Notes under the pieces: model-generated
Database searches by the model: none
Told to the model about the DNA's origin: nothing
Seen by the model: only the letters and a program-made list of their open reading frames with translations
In this document: positions 12,001 to 24,621 of the stretch, one piece after another
How the letters are laid out: every line of letters starts with the position of its first letter
Position numbering within the stretch: the first letter of the stretch is position 1
Position numbers and translations under genes: made by a program
Source: Raillietiella orientalis
Taxonomy: Eukaryota
Assembly (NCBI GenBank): GCA_036172245.1
Contig: JAYWIR010000025.1
Location: forward strand, 1,798,001-1,862,000
DNA: 64,000 bases
Reading direction: 5' to 3'

Positions 12001-14273
12001 ACCACGAAGACGTGCCTGCCTTGCCCGTTGGGAACGTACCAGGACAGCGTCGGGCAGCTGAAATGCAAATCGTGCACCAAATCCAGGAAGCAAGGCGTCA
12101 CCCTCTACCAGGGTTCACGCAGCCCTCAGGATTGCAAAGGTGAGCTGGAAATCCTGGAAAAATTCTGGAGGATCCCTCTCTCCCGAAAACAGAGAAGTGT
12201 GTTCCCGGGAACTACTTCGATGTCGATGCCGAAAGGTGTGCCCCTTGCGGCTATGGAAGCTACCAGCCCGAGGAAGGGACATTTTCGTGCATACCCTGCC
12301 CTCCGGGGCGCACCACACACACGCGAGACGCAGTGTCCGAAAAGGTGAGGGTCACCGAACACCTCCTTTTCTCTCTACGGTCTCCTCTCCTCAGGAATGC
12401 CGAGAGGAGTGCGAGAGCGGATATCAGCTGGATTCCAATGGCGTGTGCGCCCAGTGCCCCCTCGGAAAGTACAGGACCAAAGGCATGGACCTGGTCTGCC
12501 GGCCCTGCCCGGAGGGGAAGACCACTCCGGGTCCAGGCTCCCTATCCGCCGAGGACTGCTCGCTGCCAATCTGCGGTCCGGGAACCTTCCTGAACACGAC
12601 CCACGGGAACACATGCTCCGCCTGTCCGAAAGGGACGTACCAACCGAACCGCCAGCAAAACTCCTGTCTTCCTTGCCCCGCTGACACCAGCACGAGCAAG
12701 GAAGGGGCCATCTCCAAGAGCGAGTGCTCCAACCCTTGCAACGCGGACGAAGGGAGGGCCCTCTGCGATCCCAATGCCCGCTGCCTGTTCCAGCCGCTGA
12801 CCAACAGTTTCCTCTGCGAGTGCATCCCCGGATTCAATGGAACGGGAGACGTGTGCTACGGTATTGCTGGACCTCCTCTGTACACATTCGCTTCCGACTT
12901 CCCCTTTCCGCCATTTCCGGAAATGCCTTGCAGATAACTGCCTGGACCATTGCCTCAACGAGGGGGTTTGCTCGAAGACCGCCGACGGTTCCCCCGTGTG
13001 CCGCTGCATCGGCAGCTTCGCGGGCCTGCGGTGCGAATCGAAGACGGACTTCGCCTACATCTTCGGAGGCATCGCCGGCGCCGTGCTCCTGATCATCTTC
13101 GTGGTTCTCCTCGTCTGGATGATCTGCATCAGGCAAGGAGAAGAAGGGTCGCTGGAGCTCTCCCCCACGAACCCCCCTCCTTCTCTCGCGCAGGACCACT
13201 CGAAGGAAAGACACGAAGAAGCTTCTGAGCACCTCTCCGGACCCCCCCGGGTCGCAGGTCAACTTCTACTACGGAGCACCTGCGCCCTATGCGGAGTCCA
13301 TTGCTCCGTCCCACCACAGCACGTACACGCATTACTATGACGACGAGGAGGACGGGTGGGAGATGCCGAACTTCTACAACGAAGGCTTCGTCAAAGGTAG
13401 GGTAGGGTTCGCTGCTCCCAGGCAAGACCCCTCTCTCTAGACGCCCCCAACGGCAAGGGAAACAGCTTGGCACGTTCCAATGCCAGCATCTACGGAACGA
13501 GGCAGGAAGATCTATACGACCGGCTGCGCAAGCACGCCTACCACGGCAAGAAAGGTGACTCACCTTCTGGGAACTGCAGCTTGGGTGGGCCTGACTGGCG
13601 CTCAGAGTGGCGCGGCTTATCAGCATAGCGCTGCTGCCGCTGCTGCGTTTCCGACGATTCCCGAGGCGGCCTCATCTGACATTCGCGCCGCGGCCCTCAA
13701 GGGGATCTCTCTCCCAATGCGCGAGTGGCGGCGAAGAGCCTGAGCTTGCCTGAGCACCACCACCGAGCGCAGCTCCCTCTGGGGCGCTCGCGTTCCTCAC
13801 GCAGCGAGAATGCGCTACCCGTGACACCTCCCCCCCCCGCCCCCCAGCTTGCTCTCCAAATCCGGTCGGCCTCCGAGAGAAGAGCCACTCTTCCTCTCCT
13901 TCCTGCTGCTCTCGAGTCGGCTCTCCCCTCTCCGGAAAAACGCTGCGGAAAGCTTAACCGGGGCGGGTTCCGACACCCTTTCCCTCCAGAGGCTCCCGAC
14001 TGGGCTCTGGAAGTCTCTTCGTGTCCCCGCGAAGCATCAGCGTCCCACCCAGAGGCCCGGGCGAATCGTCGCCACTTATTCCTCTCTGCCGGATCAGAAA
14101 GGGTCTCACTGCTGCGGGATGCGTCGAGATTGAGACCAGGGAAAGGGGGGAAGAAAGCCTTTTTCCGCACCGCCATGCTCCCAGGGCACTGGCCAGTCCT
14201 TAAGTTGGTGGTTACCTTTCCAGAAAAGAATGGTAACGACACGACGAGCGACAGCGACGACCAAGTGCACTGA
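53..14273 (+). CDS. uif: uninflatable-like type I transmembrane protein (Cys-rich ephrin-receptor-like repeats, EGF repeats, LamG/pentraxin, HYR, sushi, TM, cytoplasmic tail); 5'-partial, continues upstream of the window
   Basis: Phase-consistent exon chain read by eye: 53-270, 357-618, 693-803, 857-1075, 1149-1364, 2062-2205, 2269-2420, 2506-2632, 2697-2897, 6441-6668, 7270-7403, 7455-7648, 7698-8077, 8149-8317, 8384-8488, 8585-8728, 8816-8945, 9001-9168, 9229-9466, 9529-9741, 11307-11468, 11523-11640, 11733-11923, 11969-12139, 12193-12344, 12395-12860, 12934-13132, 13194-13396, 13441-13554, 14224-14273. Ca-binding EGF motifs ([20 protein letters not shown]), CPxGTYQ repeats, [13 protein letters not shown] (LamG) and TM segment [18 protein letters not shown]. 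The tail [44 protein letters not shown]...[10 protein letters not shown]...[12 protein letters not shown] closely matches my recollection of Drosophila Uif. Confidence 0.93.
3400..4550 (-). mobile_element. Highly decayed non-LTR retrotransposon ORF2 relic in the 3.5 kb uif intron
   Basis: Minus-strand fragments in the expected order: [11 protein letters not shown] (endonuclease ILxGDF-like), [16 protein letters not shown] (PLxxIFNxSxxxGxIP-like), [16 protein letters not shown] (SYLxxRxQxV-like). Many stops and frameshifts; ends approximate. Confidence 0.5.
5970..6155 (-). mobile_element. Non-LTR reverse transcriptase fragment
   Basis: ORF peptide RHGYK...[16 protein letters not shown] resembles RT QHGF...DxxKAFDxVxHxxLLxK. 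Confidence 0.45.
9850..10750 (-). mobile_element. Decayed non-LTR RT and C-terminal relic in the 1.56 kb uif intron
   Basis: Minus-strand [12 protein letters not shown]...[10 protein letters not shown] (GVPQGSxLGP-like), followed by [11 protein letters not shown]...KVILP and TYASPK (YASPxW-like). Confidence 0.45.
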
Positions 14274-15899
14274 AGACCACGAAGAGTGAGGTTTCCCGAG
14301 AGAACGACCCAATGGAAGACGCTCTCCCCCTGTTCCCGTTCCACCTCTAGTTTGTTGTTTTTTCCCAGAAATAGTCCCACAACGGCTCTTCCCAGCGGAA
14401 GAGGTCTCTAGTCGTTCATAGAACAGTGCGGACTTTCTCTCCGTATTCTCTGAATCTGTGAATGACTCCAATGCTCTTCGAGGTCAAGCTCGCGCTGTTC
14501 GGTTGCCCTCGAGGAGAGGGTCGCCGTGCGGACACAAGCAAGACGCTTCTGGGGTGCAGGAGGAGGCACGCACTTCTGAATAAAGCCGCTCTGTGCACTG
14601 TAACCTGGCAACGACTGGAATGGGGAGAGGACGTTCTTCGAATCCTCCTATCCGGCTCGCCTCGGAGACCCGTTCTTAGGGAGCGCGCCTGGCTTTCCTA
14701 GGCCTTCTGCTTCCTGGCCTGCGTTGGCGGCCAGATGGTCACGGCTGCCGCGCGCGCGTCGCCGGTTCGAATTCCACACAAGGATGTCGACTGTGGACAC
14801 GTTGTGGGTTTCGACTCTTCCCTCAGGATGATGATGCTGGTTGGCCAACGGGTTTCGGGGGCTGTACTGAAAGGGCGCTCTGGAGACCGGACGCCCCCGT
14901 TGACTGGCCGGGATCGAGAGTGAGCCCTTCGGGGTCTTTCCAGAAATCTTGGACCCGGATCCCTCCGGCGACCCTCTCTAGTGTGTCGGAAGCGCGCTGC
15001 TCCCTTCGGTGTTCTCCCCAGAGGATAAACAAGGAGAGGTTCCCTTGAAGGTTCCCTCCGGAAAAGAAATCAGGAGCGGATTATTTTCAGGTTCCCTTTG
15101 GGATTCCTTCCTCAGGAGGAAGAGGAACGGACTTCATCCTTGGAACCTTCCTGGATTGATGAGGAAGCGTCTTGACGGCCTTCCTGGATTTCTGGCACCT
15201 AGGTAGAGGTGGCACAGAACCTCTGCCTACGTGCTGGAGCATCTCAGAGGGCTGGCGGTGGCAGCGAGCGCCCGAGGACGGCTGCTCCTCCTAAATGATG
15301 GACTCTTCGGTAACGCCAAAGCGCAACTGAGACAGCTGCATCGTAGGCGGACCGAAAGCAGGATTCCCTTTTCGAACCCGGGAGATCACGCCTTAGATCC
15401 CTGCAACGATCCTCAGAGACTCATGGTGCCGACACATCGGTTTCCGGTTTCGCTATGCACCTCTTCTTCCTCGCGCTTCCGAACCACCTAATTTCCTTTG
15501 GGGTTTCCTGGCACCCGGACCTCGTGCGCTCTCATTCTGGGAAGCACACACGTACGCAAAGGGAAACGGGAAGGCATTCGACCGCAGCTCTCCACGACCT
15601 CAATCCTTGCAGGCAGATCTCAAGGGGCGCGTGACTCAACGAAACGGCTGGAGACCTCGGGTCGCATCGCGCCGCGGCTGGTCCATCGCGCGGGGCAGCC
15701 AGTCCGAGCGCGCTCCTCGTATTTCACCCCAAGAATGCATCGCATCTCATGCGCTCTTCTTGTGCACACAACTGTACTGTGTATAGGGCACTCCATGGTG
15801 GAAATTTCGTCGATCGATACATGCTGTTTGCTTTCGACGGCTGGGATGGATCAGCCACGCTTTCCATGTTGGAAGATCAAGGTCGCCCGATCTTGGATG

Positions 15900-16250
15900 G
15901 TATACCATGCTCGTCACATGCCTTGAGGCGATGCTGTCTTGATCATTCGCCGCAAGCGTCGAGAAGCGCTCAAAGAGCACTTATGAATCCAGTTTGATGA
16001 AACTCGAGGGGCCATGAGAAGACGCGGGCACTGCCACTTTTCAGATTGCGTTCTGAAAAGCTCAAAATCAGAAAAAGTAACCAGTACGGCACGAGAGACC
16101 ATCACAATGGAAACAGGAGACATTCAGAATGAGAAGGAGGATGGGGGAGGAAGTAAAGTAACCAAATTGTTCCCATCCCTTGAAGAGAAATCCACTTTTG
16201 CCTGCGAGTGTCAGAAGGCTGCACGCTTAGAAAAGAACAGCACTGGGTCG
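15900..16250 (-). mobile_element. Non-LTR RT relic
   Basis: Minus-strand QFGY..., DF*AFQNAI*KV and WIHKCSLSASRR resemble successive RT motifs; very degenerate. Confidence 0.3.
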
Positions 16251-16899
16251 GAATTGAGGTTCGTATCTAGAGGCTGCTTCTAAAGGACGCGTTCTTATAG
16301 GCAGCCAACACGTGACATTCCAAATTTCCTTTCTCCTGGTCCTCTTTCTTTGACTTCAACGAAATAAATGCCGAGTTTCTCTCACGCTCCCTGACTCGTA
16401 GGTTGTGCAGACTCTTCTTGCCTAGCCTTACCTCGCCTCACCTCACTTCACGGATCAGATCAGAAAAACGCCCCCCTTCCACCTTCAAGCATGCACGAGG
16501 CATCGCTTTCGTGCCTTTTCGAAAAGGAATTCCTTCAGCGTCTTCGAGCAACTTGGGCTTCACAAGCATTAAGCTTGTGAAGCCCAAGTTTTCAAAGGAT
16601 AATCGAGTCCGAAGGAATTTCTTTTTTCAACTGGTCAACCCGGGAACTCTTCGTTTCATTTTCCTCTAGCTTACAATTTCACTGACCAGAATCCAGTTTG
16701 TATTTTTGTGTCTCCCGCAAATGATTTCGCAAGTCACCTTCCCCCGTCTGCATTTTAAGATCTGATGTTCGGTCTGAGGCTCTGAGTTCCGAGCGAAGCG
16801 AAGAGGAATCGAAAGCTGCCATGAAGTCTTCCCTGTAAAGGTCAACGGACGTAGCCGTGAATACACCCCGTAGACGGTGTTTAAATAAATCAGTGTGGA

Positions 16900-18450
16900 C
16901 AGGCAACGAGAGAGCCCGCAGCCGAACAAACCGAGAAGCGAATGGCAAGAACGGCCTCCTCCTGAGTTTAATGGAAAACTATCGACCTGAAAACGGGTGG
17001 TCATTGGAGCTTCGGAAAGACAATGAAGCAGTTTTTGTCCTGAAGAGGAATTTCAGAGGCAAAGTAATCTCCATGAAAAGTGGTCTAGAGTACGCCGGAC
17101 CTGAAGTCAATGCTTTTTTCTGCATCACTCCCCAAGAGACGGCACCTAACCAGATATGGCCCGAATTTCAAGATTCCCCAATGAGCGTTCGGGTGGAGAC
17201 TATTCGAGATGTGCGAAAGGTAACAGTCGTGGTTGCCTCCCTACAAAGGCTCGCATATGTCGCGAGAGCTGCAGGAGTCGGAACTCTACGTTTCTCTTGT
17301 ATGAGGTTCCTTATTAAAACACTGTTGTTGGAAATCACTGATTTTTCCTTCTGCTGCTAAACTCGCACGGGCACTGAGCACAACCATGACTGACATCTTC
17401 CAGATCCGCGTCGAGGGTGGATGTGTGCAGGCAGAAGAAATTTTCAAATCATCATCCATGTCAAAATGGAGTCCGTTTCTCGAAGCACACGTTCCCTCCT
17501 GGAAAATCTTTTGAGGTGCAGTTTGTACTCTTCTTGAACAAACTCGTTTCTGTCTGGCAAAACCAATGCATGTCTTTCCCGTTTGAACTTATTCCTGACT
17601 TGCACGATTTTCTTTACAAACCCCATCTACATGCTAGAAGCTTCTCCGGCTGAACCCCAGCGAGCAGATGGCAATTGTATGGCAGTGAGGAGGCAGGGAG
17701 GTGAGAGAAGGAGATGGAAGCTTCTCGGTTCTGTTAAACGTTCTAGAACATGAAGATTCCAAAAAAATTTGCAGCATTTCATCTCCTAGCTACTCTTCAA
17801 GAGATAAACATGGTTCCCGATGTTTATTTAAGCAGTAATTGCCCTTTAAGGTTAGATGGCTAATACTTTGCTGAAGCACCATTCATTTGTCGAAACCTAG
17901 TTTGTTTCTCAAGGAGGTGCTATAGCTGTGGCTAGACAAACAGGTTTTGGAAATGAGAGCCAAAAAAAAGATTCTGTAGTCATCTGGGGGTCATATTTGG
18001 TGACATCGTTTCACTTGTTTATTGGCTGTTTCAACATGGTTCATAGTCAAGATGAATTGTGAATTTATCCGAGTGATGGAAAACTCGACAACATGTATTT
18101 ACAAACTTTGTTTGTTAGAACGTCTTGTTGCTCTGTCTTCCTTACTGTAGGTAGTGTAAGGATTTTTGTAGGCAAATCATCATACCTCATCTATGATGTT
18201 GAGAAAATTAACGCTCATGAACAGAAAAATCGTGGCATGCATGTCTCCTGCAACATTCGCCACCGCATTGATTTGTCAATGCTCTGTGTGCATCCTGTAT
18301 GTGTTGTATCTATACTACTTGCTTGCCTAGATTTGGATATGTCATTAGAGTTTCAAGAAAATGAAAGTTCGCTCATAAACGTTGATGGACGTCTTCTTTG
18401 GTTTCAAGATTTAAAGGACAGTAAATGGGAGCCATGAATGTCAGTAATGT
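16900..18450 (+). mobile_element. Decayed CR1/L2-like LINE ORF2 relic
   Basis: NGKNGLLLSLMENY (endonuclease-like), KHTFPPGKSFEVQFVLFL (QHGFRPGKSCETQL-like) and SHLGVIFGD (KxLGV-like) occur in collinear order. Confidence 0.55.
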
Positions 18451-18949
18451 CTTAGCTTCTTGTGTTGAAGCTCCTTGGTTGCTGAAGGATGAACAAGCAG
18501 GAGGATATATTTTGAATACCACGCGGGGGATAGGGTATGCGTTTGCAGTTGCCGTTGCATGTTGATGAGAGAGAGAAATTCCATCCGTTTATGTCTTAAG
18601 AAATTATGCTTCCTCTCCGGACATCAGTCTACCCTTTGGCCGTTTCACAAGAAGCTGGTTTGGTGCTGGGTGCAGAAACCGATACCCAACATTTGCCTCT
18701 GATGAACTCTCCTCTCCAATTCAACACTTTGATCAGAGTGACTGTGCACGTTGTTGAGCATTGCTTGAAACAGCTGTTAAGCAGATGCAGTCTTGTTTTT
18801 TTCTGAATGGAATTTGGCATTTCGTTTTCAAGGAAAATCTGGGAAAAAACCTCTTTCAGCTACTTTCCGAGATCAGCGCTCTGGTCAAAATTACAATCTC
18901 TCATCTTGAGCTGAGAGACTCTGTACTGTCACTTGCAATTTGTGATAGC

Positions 18950-19500
18950 TCGTAGTGCTACAGAGTTGCCTGGCTGAAGAAGATAACGACAGTATGGGAG
19001 AGGTATTTCTAAATAAGTGTTCCGAAATCAAATCAAACCTCCGTTGCAAGAGAGTTGCAGAGGAGCAACGGGAACATTTAGTGCAACTCATAACCCTCCG
19101 CACCCAGGGATTGAATCTCACTCTTTCTCCTCTGAAAACTGGGATGTGCTTCACTCAGATTGATCTATTAACTGAAAGAACTAGAAGAGATGAAGTTCTT
19201 AGATTGAAAAATTTCGAATATCCTAGAATTCATTCAGCAAAAAGCATGTTTCACTGGATGAATTGTAGTATGAAATTGTGTGCGGGGGTATCCACAATAG
19301 TAGCCACATTTGGTAACATAGAGAGGTACCGACCTAACCTAACAAGTTATAAGTTCTTAGAAACTCTCTACATTTATTATAGCTGCATTTATGTTAACCG
19401 ACTGTTCCAAACTCCAAAAGTTCTCATTGCATTTTATTCTATAAAAGTGGCAGATGTTCTGCAGAAAGGTGCATTGCCATCTTGATGTTTCTGTCTTTTT
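18950..19500 (+). mobile_element. LINE RT C-terminal relic
   Basis: ORF 18955-19485 has GLNLTLSPLKT, KNFEYPRIHSAKSMFHW and FLETLYIYYSCI, matching the NxLxLNxxKT / KYLGIxxDxxLxW / LxxLYxSxI series. Confidence 0.6.
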
Positions 19501-19599
19501 GCCAAATATGATGACATTCGGTAATTTCGAGGTGAACCACTGCCCTAAGGAATTTTAGGTCATTCTCCTCTCCTCTCATTGTGCAAAATGTTCTAATCA

Positions 19600-20100
19600 T
19601 CTCCACACATTAAAGGAAAAGTCATGCTTCTTATGTGCTTTAGAAATCAGCATTGTCGTTTCTCAAGAAAAAGGTGGCCTCCGTGATTAGTCAGTCCCTC
19701 GATCCTTCGCAGCGTTCTGGACTTCCGAATTCTTGTCATTCAACGCTTAGATTAATTTCATCTCTTCTCACATCTCTCGAACTAATGAGAACTGTTCTCG
19801 AATTCCATATTTCTGGCTATTACTTGGAAAGTCTCCTGTCGGATCTCTGCGTGCACAAGTCAGTGAGATGATCTGGGTGCCAAGGCAACTTCAGACCGCT
19901 GAGTTACGAGGAAGTTTTCCGAATAAAGCAGATCTACAAGTTGTTTGGTACCCTGTGATCTGGAAGTCTTCTGAGTACAGAGCCTCGAGTGTTAGTCGCG
20001 AACGGCCAAGAAAACCAGCTGAAGTGATTATCACCAGCAGAAATTCCTGAATTTTCTCTCGGCCCAAAACTACGGAAAAGTTTTTCATTCTCGAATCAAT
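19600..20100 (-). mobile_element. LINE endonuclease N-terminal relic
   Basis: KIQEFLLVII...EDFQITGYQTTCR resembles the APE start KxxEL...xIxGYxxxRxDR. Confidence 0.35.
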
Positions 20101-20539
20101 TACACGAGAAGCTAATAAGCTGTTGGTCTCATCAGTGAGTTGGGTTGGTGGAATTGAAACCAATAAAGAAGACTCTGGAAGGTCATAAGTAAAACCTGGA
20201 TCCTCAAAAATAGTTGCTGCCTTCTGTCTCTCATGGCGGAAGACTGATTGAGGGGAGAATGGACATCTGCTCCTGCGAGACATCACTGACATTTCTGGAG
20301 GAAGAGAGGCAAGAGAAAGAGAGGAAATGCTGGGAGCTGGCCAACCTACACTTTTCCTCCAGGTTTCCTGCTTTGGTAGTGGTTGGGCTAGTCGTTAGGA
20401 TTTATGGGAGCCTGAGATTCATGGGCCGACTTGAAATTCTGAAAAATCTTATGATCATTTGCTTTCATGCAGAGCACTTGAGACAAGAAATGGAGCGCTC
20501 CAGCATTAAACGTGCGTCGGATGCCGGGTACGCCGGGGC

Positions 20540-21130
20540 GCTTATTTAAATTCTCTATTATACGTGGTATAAGGCCCCACTACGGCCAACACAACGCTGG
20601 ACCTGCTGGGACGCCGGGACGCAGACCGGCATGACTCTCTTCGGCAGTGGAAAGGAATGAGGGAAAAAAAACAAAAAGAAAAATAAAACACAAAGAAAAA
20701 AAAAGACTTTGGAGGGTCGGGAAGGGATTACTGGTCACTGGGAGGAGGGTCCATCCTTTGCAGAATGCCCTCGAGGTCCGTCACAAGTCTTCCCAGGTGG
20801 GGCCATCAGATTGCACTCAGCAGGAAGCGAACAGCATACGGGATGACGTCCCTCTCGTTCTGGTCTTCTTGATCGGTTTCACTCCAGGACACCACAATAC
20901 CACGGATGCAGCAAAGTGCTGCCAGGGCTGCGGCTGGCTGCAGGGCGTCCCGCACGAAGAAAAGCCGAAAAACGTCTCTGGGAGTGCTGCCAACCGGGAT
21001 CCCAACGGTCGTCCCGAAACAAAGGGGGATGCATGGGGTCAGATGCATCAGTTGAGCAAGCAGCTGGAGTGAGCAGTCCCCAAGCGACGAAGACCTCAAC
21101 TTGGACCCTTAAAGCGGGATGGCTGGAAGG
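20540..21130 (-). mobile_element. 3' end (ORF2 C-terminus plus T-rich 3'UTR) of an L1/Tx1-like element
   Basis: Peptide PRDVFRLFFVRDALQPAAALAALCCIRGIVVSWSETDQEDQNERDVIPYAVRF aligns with the frameshifted copy at ~59370-59530 (PRDILKR...DALTPAASPAVLCC..GTVAAWSNARGGQNDRVAIYFAVLF). The 3'UTRs also align (ctgccgaagagagtcatgccggtctgc vs ctgccgaggagaacctcgccggcctgc). Confidence 0.7.
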
Positions 21131-23149
21131 ACTGTAAGAACGAAAAATTCGTGTTTTGTCTTATTAGAGTGAAATTGATATTAATGCTAGATGTTGATGG
21201 GTTAAATAAAAATGATTGCTATGCGTAAGGAAATATAGTTGAATTTGGTTGAATGATGGATGTATGGTGATGGTGGATGGTGAATCGACATTTCCTGTAT
21301 ACAACTGACGTGCATAAATGTTTTGTTCTCTGGGACTTTTTGGCAGAGCCCTACGAAAGATTCTCACAGATCACCTTCTAGCTGAAAGAGCCTCCCTGGT
21401 CGCCCTCTAGCTGACCTAAGTAAACAAAAGAAAAGAAAAATGAACAGAAGAAATGATCTGAGAAACATTTCGACCGTGATTCTACCGAGGGAATTTAGGA
21501 AACAGATGCAAAACTCGGAAGTTCGGTGCCTCTGCAGATATTTTAAGACTAAATGCAGACAAATTTGCCGTGCATTTGCCGTAAGAACTCACACTCATCA
21601 AGGGAGAAAGCACTATCATTCGAGAAGATAATTGTCATATCTCCAATTATTTATCCTTATGAACCACAGAGTATTTCTTGTCCTCCCTATGTCTTGTCTG
21701 GTTAAAGCTAATGGCTTTTCTAAATAATTACGAAACAGCAATGCAGTTATTTTTCTTCATTGTTTATCATGCTGTATCTTTCTTCGCTCTTTTTGATCGT
21801 AGCACCGTCCTGTTTCATCATATTTGAAATCGACTTCGCTACACAACTAGAACAAATTACTCTTTCTTAAGAACCGTTTACAAGGAGAAATGCTGTATCC
21901 TAGTTGGAAAGTGACTGTTTTCGGAAGCAGTCATCCGAATTCAGATGAATGCAGTATTTCCTGTGGAGACAGTGAAGAGGGTACTACTGAATGTTACACA
22001 TGTAACATCTAGTGCCCCCGTAGCAAATGTGATTTTGCGGTTAGTTATGTGAGAACAGCATGTGATTTTCTTTACTATATATAACACTCTCACAATGCTC
22101 CAGTGATCCGCATCAGCAACATCAGCACATTGAATTAGAATACAGTCCTGCATATATTTTTTACATTATGCGATATACTGCCATCATGTACTTTTTTCTC
22201 TTATGATTTCCACTCATGTTCTCTCTTTTTGTGTTCACTTAGTATTTTGACTAAGTTTGACCTTTTATTTCAGGTCTATTTCTGTGATCATCTAGTGGAA
22301 CTTTGGAAGGTCTGAATTCACAAAAAGCAATTAGCAGCAGCACTAGGTGCAAGACCATTTGAGCAGAAATTTTCATTCCCCAGGCATTTCGTAACACGTT
22401 TCCTCTGTCTGAATTTGGAATAAGAGAGCAGCTCTTAAATGAGAGAGATCGCTCACTCTCTTTCAGAACTTTTTAACCAAAGTGCCTCCATCACAACAAT
22501 TTTACAATAAGTCGCTATAGGAACTCGAAATTTTGAACTTGCTGATTCTGGTTCGTTCTTTCGTGGTCACTGATTTCTCATTTTCATTGCAGGTATAGTA
22601 GAGATCAAAAAATGAAAAATGCAAGTCTCAGTAAATCTGTCACTTATTCAGGCTACGTTGATGAGCTCAACCATCTTCATTCTCTTCCAACAGAAATATT
22701 TGATCATGGAAAGCCTAAATTCCTAGTATCCTACTTTATTCTGCTCTGTGTGCTGTTGAAAAACCAAAGTGCCATTTGCTCTCGACATCGTGTTTCGTGA
22801 GAATTATTCCGTTTCAGTATCGTTTCTTACTCCACAAACAAATCAAACAACCATTCTCTTACCTCCTATCTATTAATTTATCTCACCATATTCTTTTCCG
22901 CATCTCTTTTCAAGACATGTTCTTAGATGACAGCAGGAAATCTATTACCTCTTCACAAAGATTTTTTCAATGATACGCATATCAATTATGCTCCAATCGC
23001 TAAAAGTAAAATCTGTTATATTTCTTAGTTTATCCTCAGTCCAAAACCTGTTTTCATTCTTATTGCGCTAATGCTATTTCTGAAGAGTCATTTTGCTACC
23101 GAAATGTATTTCTGAGAGAAGGCTTACTGATTACGAGCATATCCCGCTG

Positions 23150-24150
23150 CCCTTTTAGTTTCTGCCGTCCCTCTTAACAAAATTCACGCGCTTATCGTTC
23201 GAAGAGAATTCCAGCAAACCCCTCCATCACCATTTGATCGCCGTTCTCATGTAGCATTCGTGGATGGAACTTGACGTCACTTACAAGATGAGAAGTAGTT
23301 GATTCATTTTTTTATTTTTTTCAAGCTATTCACTGATGCAGTAATGGAATTGAAGAATGGTAGTTTCTTATTTTATGATCAACATGGTGTTAATGAGGTA
23401 GTAGTATGTTCTCCTGTCAACTAGCTTGAACTGTGCATCTCGGGTACACAAATAAAATATCATATTCCTACAGCCACACCAAAGCAGTTCTTTGGACAGG
23501 CCGACTCGAATTATCCATGGAATACAAGAAGCAATTTACTCGGTCCTCTTTTTTGTGAATACGATAGATCAGTGCATATGTGGGTCCTAGACCGGTGTCA
23601 GCGTGTCTAAACTCTCGAATATAGTTGACGTTGGCTGTCAACAGGCTTAGTTACAGGTTAAGGGGAGATTCTTAGAAATGATATAGCTATGAACATTGCA
23701 GTGACTCAAAGGGCAAGGCCCATAGTAGCACTCATAAATTCCCACATGCTGCAGAAATGGAACAAACCTTTGGTCCGTAATTCCGTCCAATAGATTTATG
23801 AAACGGGAGAGAAAAGGAATCCAGACCAAGTGCTAGCGTGAGTGGAAGGGTGAAGAGAACATGCAATGTTTATGAACACATGAGACAAAGATGCAGCTGT
23901 ATAATACCGCAACAGAATTCATGAACATCAACGAAATATGAAAGGACTTTTGGAAGATGTTTTCTTTACCAGATTCTACTCGCCAAATTTTTTTAGATTA
24001 TATCGATTCGCAAGTCTAGCTGAAGAACTACTGTCTTCCGAGTTTCAGCTCTGTTCTTTATTTGAAAAAAAAAAATCATTTGCTTTTCTAAAGCCATTTA
24101 GATCATTTGCTCATTTCAAGCACGATACTGTTCCGTATAATCCTCAGACC
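23150..24150 (+). mobile_element. Decayed LINE RT relic
   Basis: HGIQE/NLLGPLFCEY at ~23515-23565 resembles GVPQGSILGPLLFxxY; flanking motifs are weak. Confidence 0.4.
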
Positions 24151-24596
24151 TTCCTTTTACCAACAGTAGGCATTGTCTATTCCATTCTTCTTTGTGTTAT
24201 GATAAGACATTCTTTAATTCTCTTAATAACTCTCCCTTATATGGAATACCCAATATTGTATGTGGGTATTTCTCATCATTAATACCTTTCCAAATCTGTC
24301 TGAGATATATATTCTCCGTTCACAAAATGTGATATCTCGAATATATAGTTTATTCTGTGACGATTAGGAAGAGAGATAAACTTGCGTTCTCTTTCCTCCT
24401 GAAGTCACCTCTCTTCATCTCCCAGCAGAAGACCTTTTATTCAAATGTCTTAGAAAGCAATTTTGGGGGGCAATAGCAGTCCGTGGTAATACGAGTCAAC
24501 ACTAAAGTAAAGAAAGAAAGATTCAAAAAATTTTTAAATTGATACCCAGAAATCACATTTACCTCCCTGAAAATTGCAAAGCAAACTTGCTTCTAT

Positions 24597-24621
24597 AAAA
24601 AAAAAAAAAAAAAAAAAAAAA
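24597..24621 (+). repeat. Poly(A) tract (~25 nt)
   Basis: Direct A homopolymer run; possibly a retroposition tail. Confidence 0.85.

Noticed and set aside
24455..24505. tRNA-like A-box sequence
   Set aside because: No B box or cloverleaf follows.
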